IMG/VR virus record: IMGVR_UViG_3300036770_008729
Coordinates: 1-64,000 of that record
Direction: 5' to 3' (one strand)
DNA: 64,000 nt
The notes below the pieces were generated by a model. That model did no database searches and was not told the DNA's origin. It saw nothing but the letters and a program-made list of their open reading frames with translations. Below are positions 49,247-58,926 of the stretch, piece by piece (the stretch's first letter is position 1; the number at the start of each line of letters is the position of its first letter). A program made the translations under genes and the position numbers.

Positions 49247-50146
49247 ATGAAAAATAATATAACTTTTTTCGGAGCAAGTATAACTCAACAAGGTGGTGGA
49301 TATGTCCATCATTTTTCAAATTTAAATCCACAATTCAAAATTAGTGTTTTTGGTTATGGATCAATGCATCTAAAAGATGCTGGTGTTTGTCATATTGACA
49401 CTGTTTTGACATCTGATCCAGAATGGTGTTTTATAGATTGGTTCAGTACTGCTTATGTTGATGAGGCCAAAGATGATTTTGATGGAATTACACTTTATAT
49501 AGATACCATACTTCATAAATTCTATTCACGTGGTATCAAACTTGTTTTTCTTACACTACCAGAAACAGTAAGAGATAAAACATTAATACATCAACGGTTA
49601 AATTATTATCTAGAATCAAAGGGGGTTCCAACAATTGATATATCTAAATCTTTTGAGTCAAACATAAATCAGATATTAAGAGATGGAATACACTCAACTC
49701 CTTATGGTTCTGAGCAATATGCTAAATTAATTTCTGATAAATTCTTTAACGAAATATACAACAAGCATGAGATTCCATCTGAATTTCCGAGTGTTACAAA
49801 ATATTGTGATATTAAGAGTACTCAATTAAATGTAATTGTAAATAAAAACATTACGTTTACTGGTAAGGGAGAAGTGATAGGAATTTCACAAATGTTAGGG
49901 CCATACACTGGACTTTTAAAGATTAATAATCAATTAGTTAATAATTGGGACAGATGGTGTTATTTCGAAAGAGAAATGGTAAATCTTAAATTTGAAATAG
50001 ATGGTGTAACAACCATAGAGATTTTACAAGATCCGGTAGATACTTCAAGTTGTGAATATAGTTGTAATTGGAATGTTCCAAAATTGTTAAAACTTAAGAC
50101 TTTATACTATACTGGTAATATTGAAAATATCAATTTTGATAGGTAA
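49247..50146 (+). CDS. SGNH hydrolase-like protein
   Basis: FFGASIT, DGIHST..G. Confidence 0.65.
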   Translation: MKNNITFFGASITQQGGGYVHHFSNLNPQFKISVFGYGSMHLKDAGVCHIDTVLTSDPEWCFIDWFSTAYVDEAKDDFDGITLYIDTILHKFYSRGIKLVFLTLPETVRDKTLIHQRLNYYLESKGVPTIDISKSFESNINQILRDGIHSTPYGSEQYAKLISDKFFNEIYNKHEIPSEFPSVTKYCDIKSTQLNVIVNKNITFTGKGEVIGISQMLGPYTGLLKINNQLVNNWDRWCYFEREMVNLKFEIDGVTTIEILQDPVDTSSCEYSCNWNVPKLLKLKTLYYTGNIENINFDR

Positions 50147-50147
50147 T

Positions 50148-50747
50148 CTATATTCTCTGAATAATAGTAGGTAAAGCCCCAAGCTCCAATACTTTACTTT
50201 TATTAAGTAAAAATTCAATATCATAAAAATTGAAATGAAATGTCATTGTGAAATCTTTACTTTGAATCTTTTGTTGAGAATAGTTAAAAGTATTATCTGA
50301 TAAAGACTTCAAAATTATTTCATAGAATCTGATAACATATATAGCATCTCTATGAATATCCACACAAGTTATTGTAAATGGATTCAACCATTGATTCTCA
50401 ACATCTAAATAATGTTTAGTGATTATATCAAACATCAACCAATAATTTAAATCCGAGTCAACTGACCTGAATGTAATAGTCAAATCTCTTGTTGTTGTAA
50501 TATCCTGAACATTCTTTGCTGGTTTGAAGTTTCTTTCCTTACCTCTCATTGTTATCTGTCTTGGTAGATCAAAACTAATACCAGTAAAATTTACAGATTT
50601 TATAGTTGAATTTAGATAATCAATAATATTCTCATATTGAATCCAGTTCTTTTCTAAGATTGGTGTATATGTATTTATGATTTCTGTTGGAGCAAAATCT
50701 GATGGTAAGTTAAAAACAAATTGACTGCCTTGACTGGATAATCTCAT
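50148..50747 (-). CDS. T4-like tail tube / baseplate tube-initiator fold protein
   Basis: About 200 aa; IKSVNFTGISF...DLTITF...D....Y; FYEIILKSLSD..F.Y; F..TF.F..Y pattern of gp19/gp54-like proteins. Confidence 0.55.
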   Translation of the reverse strand: MRLSSQGSQFVFNLPSDFAPTEIINTYTPILEKNWIQYENIIDYLNSTIKSVNFTGISFDLPRQITMRGKERNFKPAKNVQDITTTRDLTITFRSVDSDLNYWLMFDIITKHYLDVENQWLNPFTITCVDIHRDAIYVIRFYEIILKSLSDNTFNYSQQKIQSKDFTMTFHFNFYDIEFLLNKSKVLELGALPTIIQRI

Positions 50748-50765
50748 TTCATATTGAATTTATTT

Positions 50766-52775
50766 TTAACCATTTCCTTGTGGTCCTGGTTTATTAACAA
50801 GTTGTCTAGTAATGACCGCTGTTTCTCTTGGTAACTGTGGATCTTTTATAATTCTTGGTACACTTCCAGCTGCTTGATTATTAAGTTCAGTAACATTTTG
50901 TCTATTATCAAATATTTTGAAAAGACCTGTATAAACCATTGTTGTTACGTTTTGACTGTAACTTGTTATATAAAATAAGTTTATTCCTGAATCGTATATT
51001 TTCTTAACTAAGTTAAATTTATTTTGAGGTATTTTAAATACTACTTGACCAACTTGTAGATTTATCTCATTTGTTTCTGTATAAAGTGGAAATTCTACAT
51101 TGTCTACAGAGTTTTTTATGACTAATTTTATTTCTCCCAAATTTGACATATCTAAATAGTTAGGAGCTTCCAATTCTCCTGTTGCAATAATAAATTTAAC
51201 TATATTATCAAATGGATATAGTATAATTTGCATTTTTGAAATACCGTAGAATATTTGTGCATTAAATACTGCATTATCAGATTTTCCTATTATATTATAC
51301 CTGTCTATAAGAACAGGAAATGGAACTTTAATAGACTGCACTAATCCATTACTTCCTGCTGAACCAACACCAGTGCCAATTCCTCCTAATGTTCCTCCAC
51401 CCAATGCTCCTCCACCGAATGTTCCATCCAATGTTCCACCTGTTATACCTCCACCTGAACCAGATGCTAAAACATCATTATTTGAAGCACCGTTTCCTGC
51501 TAATCCACCACCAACTAAGCCATTCATAAGACCTGGTGGTTGAGCCACAGATCCTAATCCTAATCTATTTAGTAGACCTTGTCCTTTGGTGGCTTGACCT
51601 TGTGCATTAGACATACCAAGCATCTTTGGATCTATAGCATTTTTTATAGCATAAATTTTTGGTTTAGATGCATTTTTTAAGTTAATCTTCATTAACTTCA
51701 AACTATATTTCGCAACTTCATCTTGTAACATACCATATGATGCTCTTCTTATTATATAAGATTCATCGGTTGCGTCTATTAATCTCAACTCAACATCAAT
51801 TATTGCAGTGGTTGTTGATGTCTTAATAATCGGTCTATATTCTATTGTCTCATTAAAGTTATCAGTAACCGTAATGGTTAGTGTTTTCCCTCTTATATTT
51901 TGCTCATAAAGTGTTATTGAGTATTGTGCATAGTATCTACTACCTTGATTAAAAGAATCTTCTATAAATTGATTAAATCCAGCTAATGTTTCATTATAGG
52001 TTCCATATATTTCAAAAAAGTCACCATTACTTGAGTTTTCTATTACTATACCTAATCTTTGGAATTCTGGAGTTTGTGAGAAACTTGTTGTTACTTTAGC
52101 CGCTAGTCTATAAGTTGTTATAGCGTTTATTGTTTGTATATTATCAATAAAATGAAAATCAAGAAATATTGGAGCGGTCATACTCAGACCAGTTCCATCT
52201 GTAAGATTTGCATTGATGCTATTTTCTTTTGGTAGTCTACCTGTTATTTGTGCAGATATTTCACTAACTGCCGGTATTTGAATCTCTATATTTTTCCCCC
52301 ATAATTTTTCTTGAAATAGAAGTGGTGGTGTACTAAAGTTCATCATATACTGCTGACTCAAGTCAGTCATATCAAAATAAAAATTTGAAATCTCGTATGT
52401 TTTAAAATTTAGAGTGTCGTAAGTATATAGTCTTACATAAAGACCTAAATACTCTCCAAAAGTCCAATTAATTGGAAAATGCATTCTTAGAGTATCATGT
52501 CTTATTGGTGTTCCTGATGAGAAATTTTTTATCTGAAGAAAACTGTAATTTGAAGTATCTATTTTTCCATATTTAGATGTAGCACTGTCGATTCTAAACA
52601 ATTGATTTCCGATATCATTATTGGTTATACTTGAGTCAGATGCAATGTAAGAAGACTTTTTATCCTTTGTATTTACAAGTATATTATACCCTTCACTTAT
52701 AAGATTATTATCATTATAGATATATTCGATAAGAACATTTTTATCTACCTTAACAAATTTAGAAATTTTAGACAT
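50766..52775 (-). CDS. Probable structural protein with internal Gly-rich low-complexity segment
   Basis: 669 aa; co-oriented with the tube-like gene; preceded by TTTATATATA. Confidence 0.55.
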   Translation of the reverse strand: MSKISKFVKVDKNVLIEYIYNDNNLISEGYNILVNTKDKKSSYIASDSSITNNDIGNQLFRIDSATSKYGKIDTSNYSFLQIKNFSSGTPIRHDTLRMHFPINWTFGEYLGLYVRLYTYDTLNFKTYEISNFYFDMTDLSQQYMMNFSTPPLLFQEKLWGKNIEIQIPAVSEISAQITGRLPKENSINANLTDGTGLSMTAPIFLDFHFIDNIQTINAITTYRLAAKVTTSFSQTPEFQRLGIVIENSSNGDFFEIYGTYNETLAGFNQFIEDSFNQGSRYYAQYSITLYEQNIRGKTLTITVTDNFNETIEYRPIIKTSTTTAIIDVELRLIDATDESYIIRRASYGMLQDEVAKYSLKLMKINLKNASKPKIYAIKNAIDPKMLGMSNAQGQATKGQGLLNRLGLGSVAQPPGLMNGLVGGGLAGNGASNNDVLASGSGGGITGGTLDGTFGGGALGGGTLGGIGTGVGSAGSNGLVQSIKVPFPVLIDRYNIIGKSDNAVFNAQIFYGISKMQIILYPFDNIVKFIIATGELEAPNYLDMSNLGEIKLVIKNSVDNVEFPLYTETNEINLQVGQVVFKIPQNKFNLVKKIYDSGINLFYITSYSQNVTTMVYTGLFKIFDNRQNVTELNNQAAGSVPRIIKDPQLPRETAVITRQLVNKPGPQGNG

Positions 52776-52811
52776 CTAATATTGATTTTGTTTTGATTAT
52801 ATATAAAAAAA

Positions 52812-52838
52812 AGAACCTTTCTTATTAGGAAAGGTTCT
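52812..52838 (-). terminator. Intrinsic terminator
   Basis: AGAACCTTTC...GAAAGGTTCT hairpin followed by a T-run on the minus strand. Confidence 0.7.
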
Positions 52839-53235
52839 CTTCTTGAAGACGATTTTTGACAGATTCCACTATCTGATCATCTGTCAAATGTGAATTTTTT
52901 TCTTTTATTTGTCGGTAAAGTTCTTGTTCTTCTAAGGCTAGTTTTTCTACCTCATCATTTAATGGTGATATATAACCTTCTAGTTTTTTTCCTTCTTGCT
53001 CAAGGTCCTCAATTATTTTCTTTAAATCTAAGGCAGCTCTTTCGGCTACCGATTTGTCATGTTTATTTTTATCTTGACTAGTTTCTTCTTTTAAATTATC
53101 TAATTTTTTAAGAATTTCATCAAGACTTTCTACTATTGTGTTAACTCTTTTTGCATAGAAATCCATGCTATTATTTACTTTAAGAAATTGTCTTCTAATC
53201 TTTACAGCTCTTTGTAAAAAAACTTCATCCACCAT
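52825..53235 (-). CDS. Coiled-coil hypothetical protein
   Basis: Track start 53286; ATG 53235 abuts the upstream stop; heptad-rich. Confidence 0.65.
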   Translation of the reverse strand: MVDEVFLQRAVKIRRQFLKVNNSMDFYAKRVNTIVESLDEILKKLDNLKEETSQDKNKHDKSVAERAALDLKKIIEDLEQEGKKLEGYISPLNDEVEKLALEEQELYRQIKEKNSHLTDDQIVESVKNRLQEENLS

Positions 53236-53236
53236 A

Positions 53237-54148
53237 TTAATTTTCTTTTTTTGTTCTAGGTTTTCTTGTTGTTTTTGTTTTCTCAACTTTTACTTCACCT
53301 TTTTGATCATTGAAAGATACATCTTCTTTGTTTGAATTGATTTGAGTAACTGAATCAGTTATTTGATCACTAACAGATTTAGAATCTAACATAGATTTAA
53401 TTTTATCTGAAATAATAGATTTAATTTTTCCAGGATTATTTACTATTTCTTTAGTAAATTCATCAGATAAAAATTCTATTATAGAAGTTTCATAAGAATC
53501 TTCCATCATTTCAATAAAATCTAATCTTGGAATCTTATTATTAATGTCTATTGATATATTAAAGTCAACATTTCTTTTTACACCTTTGAACATTTTGATA
53601 ATAGGATCCTCAACTTCTACTCTTTGAACAACTGGTTCGCTATAGACTTTATTTTGAGATTTAACTACTTGTGGTTCTGGATTATCTCTTTGAACTTCAA
53701 TTTTTTGAACATCAGAATCTTCTTCACCTAAGAGTTTAGCAAAAGCCTGATTTTGTCTCTCTAAATCATTTTTATTGCTTGATACTCCATACTTTCTAGC
53801 TAACTCAGCTCTCTCATCATCTTCTGATGACATTACTATAGCACTTTCATTAGTTGCTGGTCCAAAATTTGAATTAGATGAATTAACTACTACTGGAGTA
53901 GCTCCATCTTCATCTCTGATATTTTGTGTAGGTATATTTTTTATTTTCTCAGCAAGTATGTTATAAGCACCTTGATTGTTAAAGAAACTACCAGGATCTA
54001 TTTGTTCTGTGTATTGATTTGAGTCCATAAGAGTTCTTGCATCTATTTTTTGTTTATTCTCTAAGATAGCAATATTCTCAAATGAATCAATTACTCTGAC
54101 TATATCACCAGTTCTATTATTTCTAAAAGATTTGTTCGCTAAACTCAT
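53237..54148 (-). CDS. Hypothetical protein
   Basis: 303-aa ORF downstream of the SSB gene. Confidence 0.7.
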   Translation of the reverse strand: MSLANKSFRNNRTGDIVRVIDSFENIAILENKQKIDARTLMDSNQYTEQIDPGSFFNNQGAYNILAEKIKNIPTQNIRDEDGATPVVVNSSNSNFGPATNESAIVMSSEDDERAELARKYGVSSNKNDLERQNQAFAKLLGEEDSDVQKIEVQRDNPEPQVVKSQNKVYSEPVVQRVEVEDPIIKMFKGVKRNVDFNISIDINNKIPRLDFIEMMEDSYETSIIEFLSDEFTKEIVNNPGKIKSIISDKIKSMLDSKSVSDQITDSVTQINSNKEDVSFNDQKGEVKVEKTKTTRKPRTKKEN

Positions 54149-54168
54149 TTTTATAAATTGTTTTTATT

Positions 54169-54199
54169 AAAAAGAGTAGAGATTTCTCTCTACTCTTTT
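54169..54199 (-). terminator. Intrinsic terminator after the SSB gene
   Basis: AAAAGAGTAGAGA-TTTC-TCTCTACTCTTTT hairpin. Confidence 0.8.
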
Positions 54200-54203
54200 A
54201 TTA

Positions 54204-55178
54204 TTAAAGGTCATTGAAGAAGTCATCTTCTTCAGCTGTTGCTGGTGTTGCTGAACCCTTTTTAGCTGAGAAGTTATCATCAAAATCAAAGTCATCTGAC
54301 TGTGGTTTTGCTTCTGCCTTAGGTGCATTTGTATAAGAAGATGAAGCTTTACCTGTTAAGAAGTTAACAATCTCATTTATTTTAGCTTGTTGTTCTTCAG
54401 AAAGTTTTTTAGCTGCAAATTCTTCTAAATCGTGGTCTCTTTCTAATAAGAAATCTTTGATTTTAGCCTGAACACCTGAATCAATCTGACCATCTGAGTT
54501 AAGAGGAGCATTTTTGAATGCATTCTTATCTTTGAAGTAGATTGGAAGAGAAGATGTCTCTGGTTTGAACATACTCATTTTATAATCAGGATAAGTTTCA
54601 TCACCAGTTTGAATTTCTTTCACAACTAATACGAAGTCTTTTCCAGATTTAAGGTCAAATACATTACAAGGAACTCCAGAGATTTCTCCGTTTCTTTCTG
54701 CTTGAATTTTATCCTTAATAGTTTTACCATATTGGAAAATCATAATTTTACCAACTAATTCTGGTTGTTGTTCGTCTTCAATAACTAAAACATAAGAATA
54801 GTATTTTTTAGAATACTTTAATTGTTTTGATTTTTCAATCAAAATCGCGTTCTTTGAGTTTTGCATTGTGTAATACAAATCAGTCAAAGGACATTTTTCG
54901 TTGAAATTCTTTGGTGAATCGAACCACCCTGAAAGTTCTTTTGGTTGTTTGATATCAACATAGTGAGTAATCTTCTCAATTGCTGACTGGCCAACTTTGC
55001 CATCTTTTGTTAAGTTAGGTAAAAATCTTACTACAGATCTCCAACCTTTCTTTTTGTCTTTACATTTAGCCAAGTCTACACGGTAAATACCATCATTGCT
55101 TGTGCTTGTTTTTTGCTCGTTAAGAAAGTCCATTTTGCTGTCTAAACTGCCATTGAATAATTCATCTAATTCTGCCAT
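54204..55178 (-). CDS. T4 gp32-like single-stranded DNA-binding protein
   Basis: VVRFLP, CPL, KYYSYVLVIED..PELVGKIMIFQYGKTI..KI, FDLKSGKDF.L, acidic tail EEDDFFNDL; track start 55211. Confidence 0.85.
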   Translation of the reverse strand: MAELDELFNGSLDSKMDFLNEQKTSTSNDGIYRVDLAKCKDKKKGWRSVVRFLPNLTKDGKVGQSAIEKITHYVDIKQPKELSGWFDSPKNFNEKCPLTDLYYTMQNSKNAILIEKSKQLKYSKKYYSYVLVIEDEQQPELVGKIMIFQYGKTIKDKIQAERNGEISGVPCNVFDLKSGKDFVLVVKEIQTGDETYPDYKMSMFKPETSSLPIYFKDKNAFKNAPLNSDGQIDSGVQAKIKDFLLERDHDLEEFAAKKLSEEQQAKINEIVNFLTGKASSSYTNAPKAEAKPQSDDFDFDDNFSAKKGSATPATAEEDDFFNDL

Positions 55179-55319
55179 TTTGCTTTTTATTTTTTTAATT
55201 TTCAAATCCATAAGATTTGATATTTGTTATATAGTTACTAATCAATAAAGTTTAATAAAATGTTAATTGTTTTTACTGAAAAAGTTACTAATAAATATAT
55301 ATCAAAAATTAAATTTGTT

Positions 55320-56282
55320 ATGGCTAAAAAATTTAAAATATTATCAATCGATGGTGGTGGTCTTAGAGGTATTGTTCCACTTCTTATTCTTAGAGAAATC
55401 GAAAATAAAACAGGTAAAAGAATTCACGAATTGTTTGACCTTATTACAGGAACATCTACTGGTGGCATTATTGCATGTGGTTTATCTTGCACAAAAGATG
55501 GCAAATCACCAGCAATTACTGTAGAAAAATTAATTGAACTCTACACTGCTGAAAGAGAAACAATTTTTCCATATAAAAGAAACTTCTTTCAAAAAATAGG
55601 CAGCGGTATTAATTCTTTATTTAATCCTAAGTTTTCACCAGATGGACTTGATCGTTTATTAACTGAATATTTTGATGATATGAGATTAAGTAATACATTA
55701 GTTCCAATTATTGTTACTTCTTATGATATCAAAAATAATGAAGTTGTAATGTTTAAAAGTAGAAGAAGTGGTGAGATTGGATATAACGCACTACTTAAAG
55801 ATGCTTGTAGATCAACATCTGCTGCTCCTACATACTTACCTTCCTATAAATTGGCTTTTGGTGGAAAACAAAGAGTTCTTATTGATGGTGGTGTTTATAT
55901 TAATAACCCTGCTCTTGGATCGGTATCTGATGCTTTAAGAAGCACTAAAGGATTAAAGATTTCCGATATAGAAGTTCTTTCACTTGGAACTGGAACTTAT
56001 CCAGCTGAGTTAGGGAAAAAAGATACTCCATCTTGGGGTTTAGTAAATTGGGCACAACCGATAACAAATATAATGATGCAAGCCACTTCTAATGCGACTG
56101 AGTATGAATGTAATGAGTTACTGAAAAAACATTTAAGAATACAATTAAAAATAGATGATCCTAAAATGACCGATATGTCAGATTCAAGACCTGGAACAGC
56201 TCAGTATATCATTGATAAAGTGGGTTCAGATATAATAAATAATAGTGAGATAATGAAAAAATTAGATGACTTTCTTAAATAA
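55320..56282 (+). CDS. Patatin-like phospholipase
   Basis: ILSIDGGGLRG, GTSTG nucleophile, STSAAPTYLP, IDGG; track start 55260; TAAATATATA at 55292-55301. Confidence 0.9.
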   Translation: MAKKFKILSIDGGGLRGIVPLLILREIENKTGKRIHELFDLITGTSTGGIIACGLSCTKDGKSPAITVEKLIELYTAERETIFPYKRNFFQKIGSGINSLFNPKFSPDGLDRLLTEYFDDMRLSNTLVPIIVTSYDIKNNEVVMFKSRRSGEIGYNALLKDACRSTSAAPTYLPSYKLAFGGKQRVLIDGGVYINNPALGSVSDALRSTKGLKISDIEVLSLGTGTYPAELGKKDTPSWGLVNWAQPITNIMMQATSNATEYECNELLKKHLRIQLKIDDPKMTDMSDSRPGTAQYIIDKVGSDIINNSEIMKKLDDFLK

Positions 56283-57033
56283 GATAGCTTGTAATTTCTT
56301 TAGTTATATCATTATTAGAATTGATTAAGTTTTTGTAAGTTTTATCATCTACCTTTACAAAGATTGGATTAAATCCAATATAAGTAATCACTTCATTGCC
56401 AAATGGCAGTTCTCCTTCAATGTAATCTTCTAACCAAAATTCTTTATATGGTCTCCAACCAGTAGCTTTATAGATTCTTATTAAAGAATCTATAACTATT
56501 TGTTTATTTTCTATAGAGAAGTTTCCACAATTAATGTTGATATAAGGAACCGCTGGTATTTTCCCATTTTCTATATTATCGACAAAAAGTTGCAATGTTG
56601 GTTTATGTGGCAATTTATTTAATTTACTTAAGTAAATAGCTTCCTCAACCTCGTTAAAATCAACTTCTTCTTCTATAATTTTTTTTGAATTTAATTCGTC
56701 GGGTCTTAGAAATATACTACCATATGTTTCATCATATATCAATTCACATTTTTTATTTTGCCAATCATCTGGATTAACTGACATTTCGTATGATATAGCA
56801 CTTCTAATCTCTCTTTTATATGTGTGTAGAATTTCATATTTTGGATATATAAAGTATCCTGAAGAAATAAAATTTGCCTTACTTATTATATTATCATCTG
56901 ATAAATCAAAAAGTAACTCTTGAAAATCTCTAAAATCAGGAAACTGACTTTTAGTTATGGCAAAATCGGCTAAATGTCTAGTATCAGAATTATTAATTTG
57001 TTCAAATAGTTTATATGGCCTAATATGCTTCAT
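56275..57033 (-). CDS. Hypothetical protein with N-terminal tag (MKHIRPYKLFE)
   Basis: 252 aa; last gene of the tagged array. Confidence 0.75.
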   Translation of the reverse strand: MKHIRPYKLFEQINNSDTRHLADFAITKSQFPDFRDFQELLFDLSDDNIISKANFISSGYFIYPKYEILHTYKREIRSAISYEMSVNPDDWQNKKCELIYDETYGSIFLRPDELNSKKIIEEEVDFNEVEEAIYLSKLNKLPHKPTLQLFVDNIENGKIPAVPYININCGNFSIENKQIVIDSLIRIYKATGWRPYKEFWLEDYIEGELPFGNEVITYIGFNPIFVKVDDKTYKNLINSNNDITKEITSYLI

Positions 57034-57914
57034 TAATAGTTGAGTAATATTTTTATTGTATAATCATAAATATCTGTATTTGTGAATTGTCTAGTTCCCC
57101 TAGCGTGGTCAAAAATAACATCACTATAATCTAAAGTAGTGAGTATAGATGGTAAAACTTTATCAAATTGACTTTCTAATTCTATTAAGTTCATCTTTCC
57201 TTTCATATAATTATCACCTTGACCAATTTCTATTACTATACAAGGTACATTCATTTCAATAATCTTATCTATTGAGTAACTTCTCTTCTTATCAATATCT
57301 GAATTATGAATAACTGAATATTTACCATTTGATGTTTCAAAAGAATCACCTGATTTAAATCCATAGTTATCAATATTAAAGTTAGCACATTGCCATTTTG
57401 GTTCTGTGACATAATAACTTTCATCACTTTGCCTCATTAAAACTGAAGGATATGAACCAATGTAAAATGTTGGAAAAGCAATATCTTTTATAATATGAAT
57501 CATAGCTCTGAAATAATCTTTCTCATCTCTATTTCTAACTGTTAGAATTCCATTATATTTATATTGAATTTCTTTGTTATAATTATCTGAATCTCCATAA
57601 GCGATACAAGTTGATACCCATTTAGATTTTTCATGTGGTAAATTATCAAATACATCCATAAGTAATCTATCTTCTACATAATAAACATCTACTTTATTTA
57701 GAGCCGTGAATATTCTATCTACATGATTTTTTATCTTATTATAGTAACCATCCCCAATAAAATGATTTGTCCATTTTTCTAAATCTTTAATTGGTTTTCT
57801 ACCCCACTCAAAATCTTTAAGATCTTCAATCCAATCATGAATTCCGTATTTAGAATCTAATCCAATATTCATATTTTCATTTATAAAGTGATTATATTTC
57901 TTAATTATTTTCAT
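57033..57914 (-). CDS. Hypothetical protein with N-terminal tag (MKIIKKYNHFINE)
   Basis: 293 aa, overlaps its neighbours. Confidence 0.75.
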   Translation of the reverse strand: MKIIKKYNHFINENMNIGLDSKYGIHDWIEDLKDFEWGRKPIKDLEKWTNHFIGDGYYNKIKNHVDRIFTALNKVDVYYVEDRLLMDVFDNLPHEKSKWVSTCIAYGDSDNYNKEIQYKYNGILTVRNRDEKDYFRAMIHIIKDIAFPTFYIGSYPSVLMRQSDESYYVTEPKWQCANFNIDNYGFKSGDSFETSNGKYSVIHNSDIDKKRSYSIDKIIEMNVPCIVIEIGQGDNYMKGKMNLIELESQFDKVLPSILTTLDYSDVIFDHARGTRQFTNTDIYDYTIKILLNY

Positions 57915-58191
57915 AGATTTTATTTATTAAAATTGCTAAATTAATATCTTTTTCTGTAACAATATCACCAGAATCATGCGTTGAAAGAGTTACAATAACT
58001 TTGTCAAACATCCATTCAATTTTTGGATGATGATTTTGTGATTCTGATTCTGTTGCCACTTGATTAATAAATTGTCTCGCTGATTCAAATGAATCAAAAG
58101 TAAACTCACTGGTTAATTTTTTACCATCATTTTTCCAACTTTTTAAATCTTCAGTTGATTCATATATTCTATAAGATTTTAGGTGCTTCAC
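57901..58191 (-). CDS. Pterin-4-alpha-carbinolamine dehydratase-like protein with N-terminal tag (MKHLKSYRIYE)
   Basis: W......L...F.F.SF..A..F...V....E..NHHP.I......V...LSTHD.G..VT.KD..LA. Confidence 0.85.
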   Translation of the reverse strand: MKHLKSYRIYESTEDLKSWKNDGKKLTSEFTFDSFESARQFINQVATESESQNHHPKIEWMFDKVIVTLSTHDSGDIVTEKDINLAILINKIYENN

Positions 58192-58631
58192 TTTCTAAAA
58201 ATTATTTTAATGGATTGGTTTTCTGCCATCCATTGACCAACTTCTAAATCTTCAAGTTCTATTTTCTCTACATTATCTTCTGATGGATCTGAACTGTATT
58301 CATCTTGTAAAAGTATTGTATATTTCCAATCTTTCATAAACTCAATAGACCTTCTAATACAATCCATTAATTCTGTAGATATTTGAACTTCTCTATAATC
58401 TGATACGTATTCTTCATCATCATCAAATCCAGGATCGAAATCTCTATGATATGGTTCTTCATCTCCAAATGAAATATAAACTGTGTAGTAATTAGATATA
58501 TCATCACCATCTGCCCAAGCAATCCACTCTTCATCAGGATGACTATGTTTAACATCTAAAAAGATGTCTTCTAAATCAGCTTTGATTCTATCAAAGTTCT
58601 CGAATAACTTATATGTTTTTAAATGTTTCAT
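58188..58631 (-). CDS. Acidic hypothetical protein with N-terminal tag (MKHLKTYKLFE)
   Basis: 147 aa, 4-nt overlaps with neighbours. Confidence 0.75.
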   Translation of the reverse strand: MKHLKTYKLFENFDRIKADLEDIFLDVKHSHPDEEWIAWADGDDISNYYTVYISFGDEEPYHRDFDPGFDDDEEYVSDYREVQISTELMDCIRRSIEFMKDWKYTILLQDEYSSDPSEDNVEKIELEDLEVGQWMAENQSIKIIFRK

Positions 58632-58879
58632 TTCTCTTCTCTTCTCTTCTTCATTAAATCTTTAATAAATTCTTTTATCTCATCATTGCAATCTGGAGTA
58701 GGTAAGAAGCCATATCCTCTCATTCTTGATGACCATTTGATCTGACCAATAACCTGACCATCTTTACTAACATTATAAGTATCGGTTTTAGCACCTTTCT
58801 TTTTAGTTTGTAAAGTGAACTTTAATTTAGAAACTTCTTTTTTAGTTTCAAATAATTTATATGTCTTTAAATGTATCAT
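58628..58879 (-). CDS. Basic hypothetical protein with N-terminal tag (MIHLKTYKLFE)
   Basis: 83 aa. Confidence 0.72.
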   Translation of the reverse strand: MIHLKTYKLFETKKEVSKLKFTLQTKKKGAKTDTYNVSKDGQVIGQIKWSSRMRGYGFLPTPDCNDEIKEFIKDLMKKRREEK

Positions 58880-58902
58880 TTGAAAAGTTTTAGATGTTTC
58901 AT
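58876..58902 (-). other. 8-codon minigene consisting only of the tag (MKHLKLFK*)
   Basis: ATG AAA CAT CTA AAA CTT TTC AAA TGA; 4 nt downstream of TAATATATA (58907-58915); its TGA overlaps the next ATG. Confidence 0.55.
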
Positions 58903-58926
58903 AAAGTATATATTAAATACACAAAA

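Noticed and set aside
30098-50146. Ordinary bacterial capsule/LPS locus on a host chromosome
   Set aside because: No recognisable export or polymerase genes, and it is flanked by gp32-like and tail-tube-like genes; a chimeric assembly cannot be fully excluded without reads
3972-54148. Shared short motifs (IEVQ, RKYG) between ORFs 3972-4334 and 53237-54148
   Set aside because: Too short and in different order; cannot be distinguished from chance by eye
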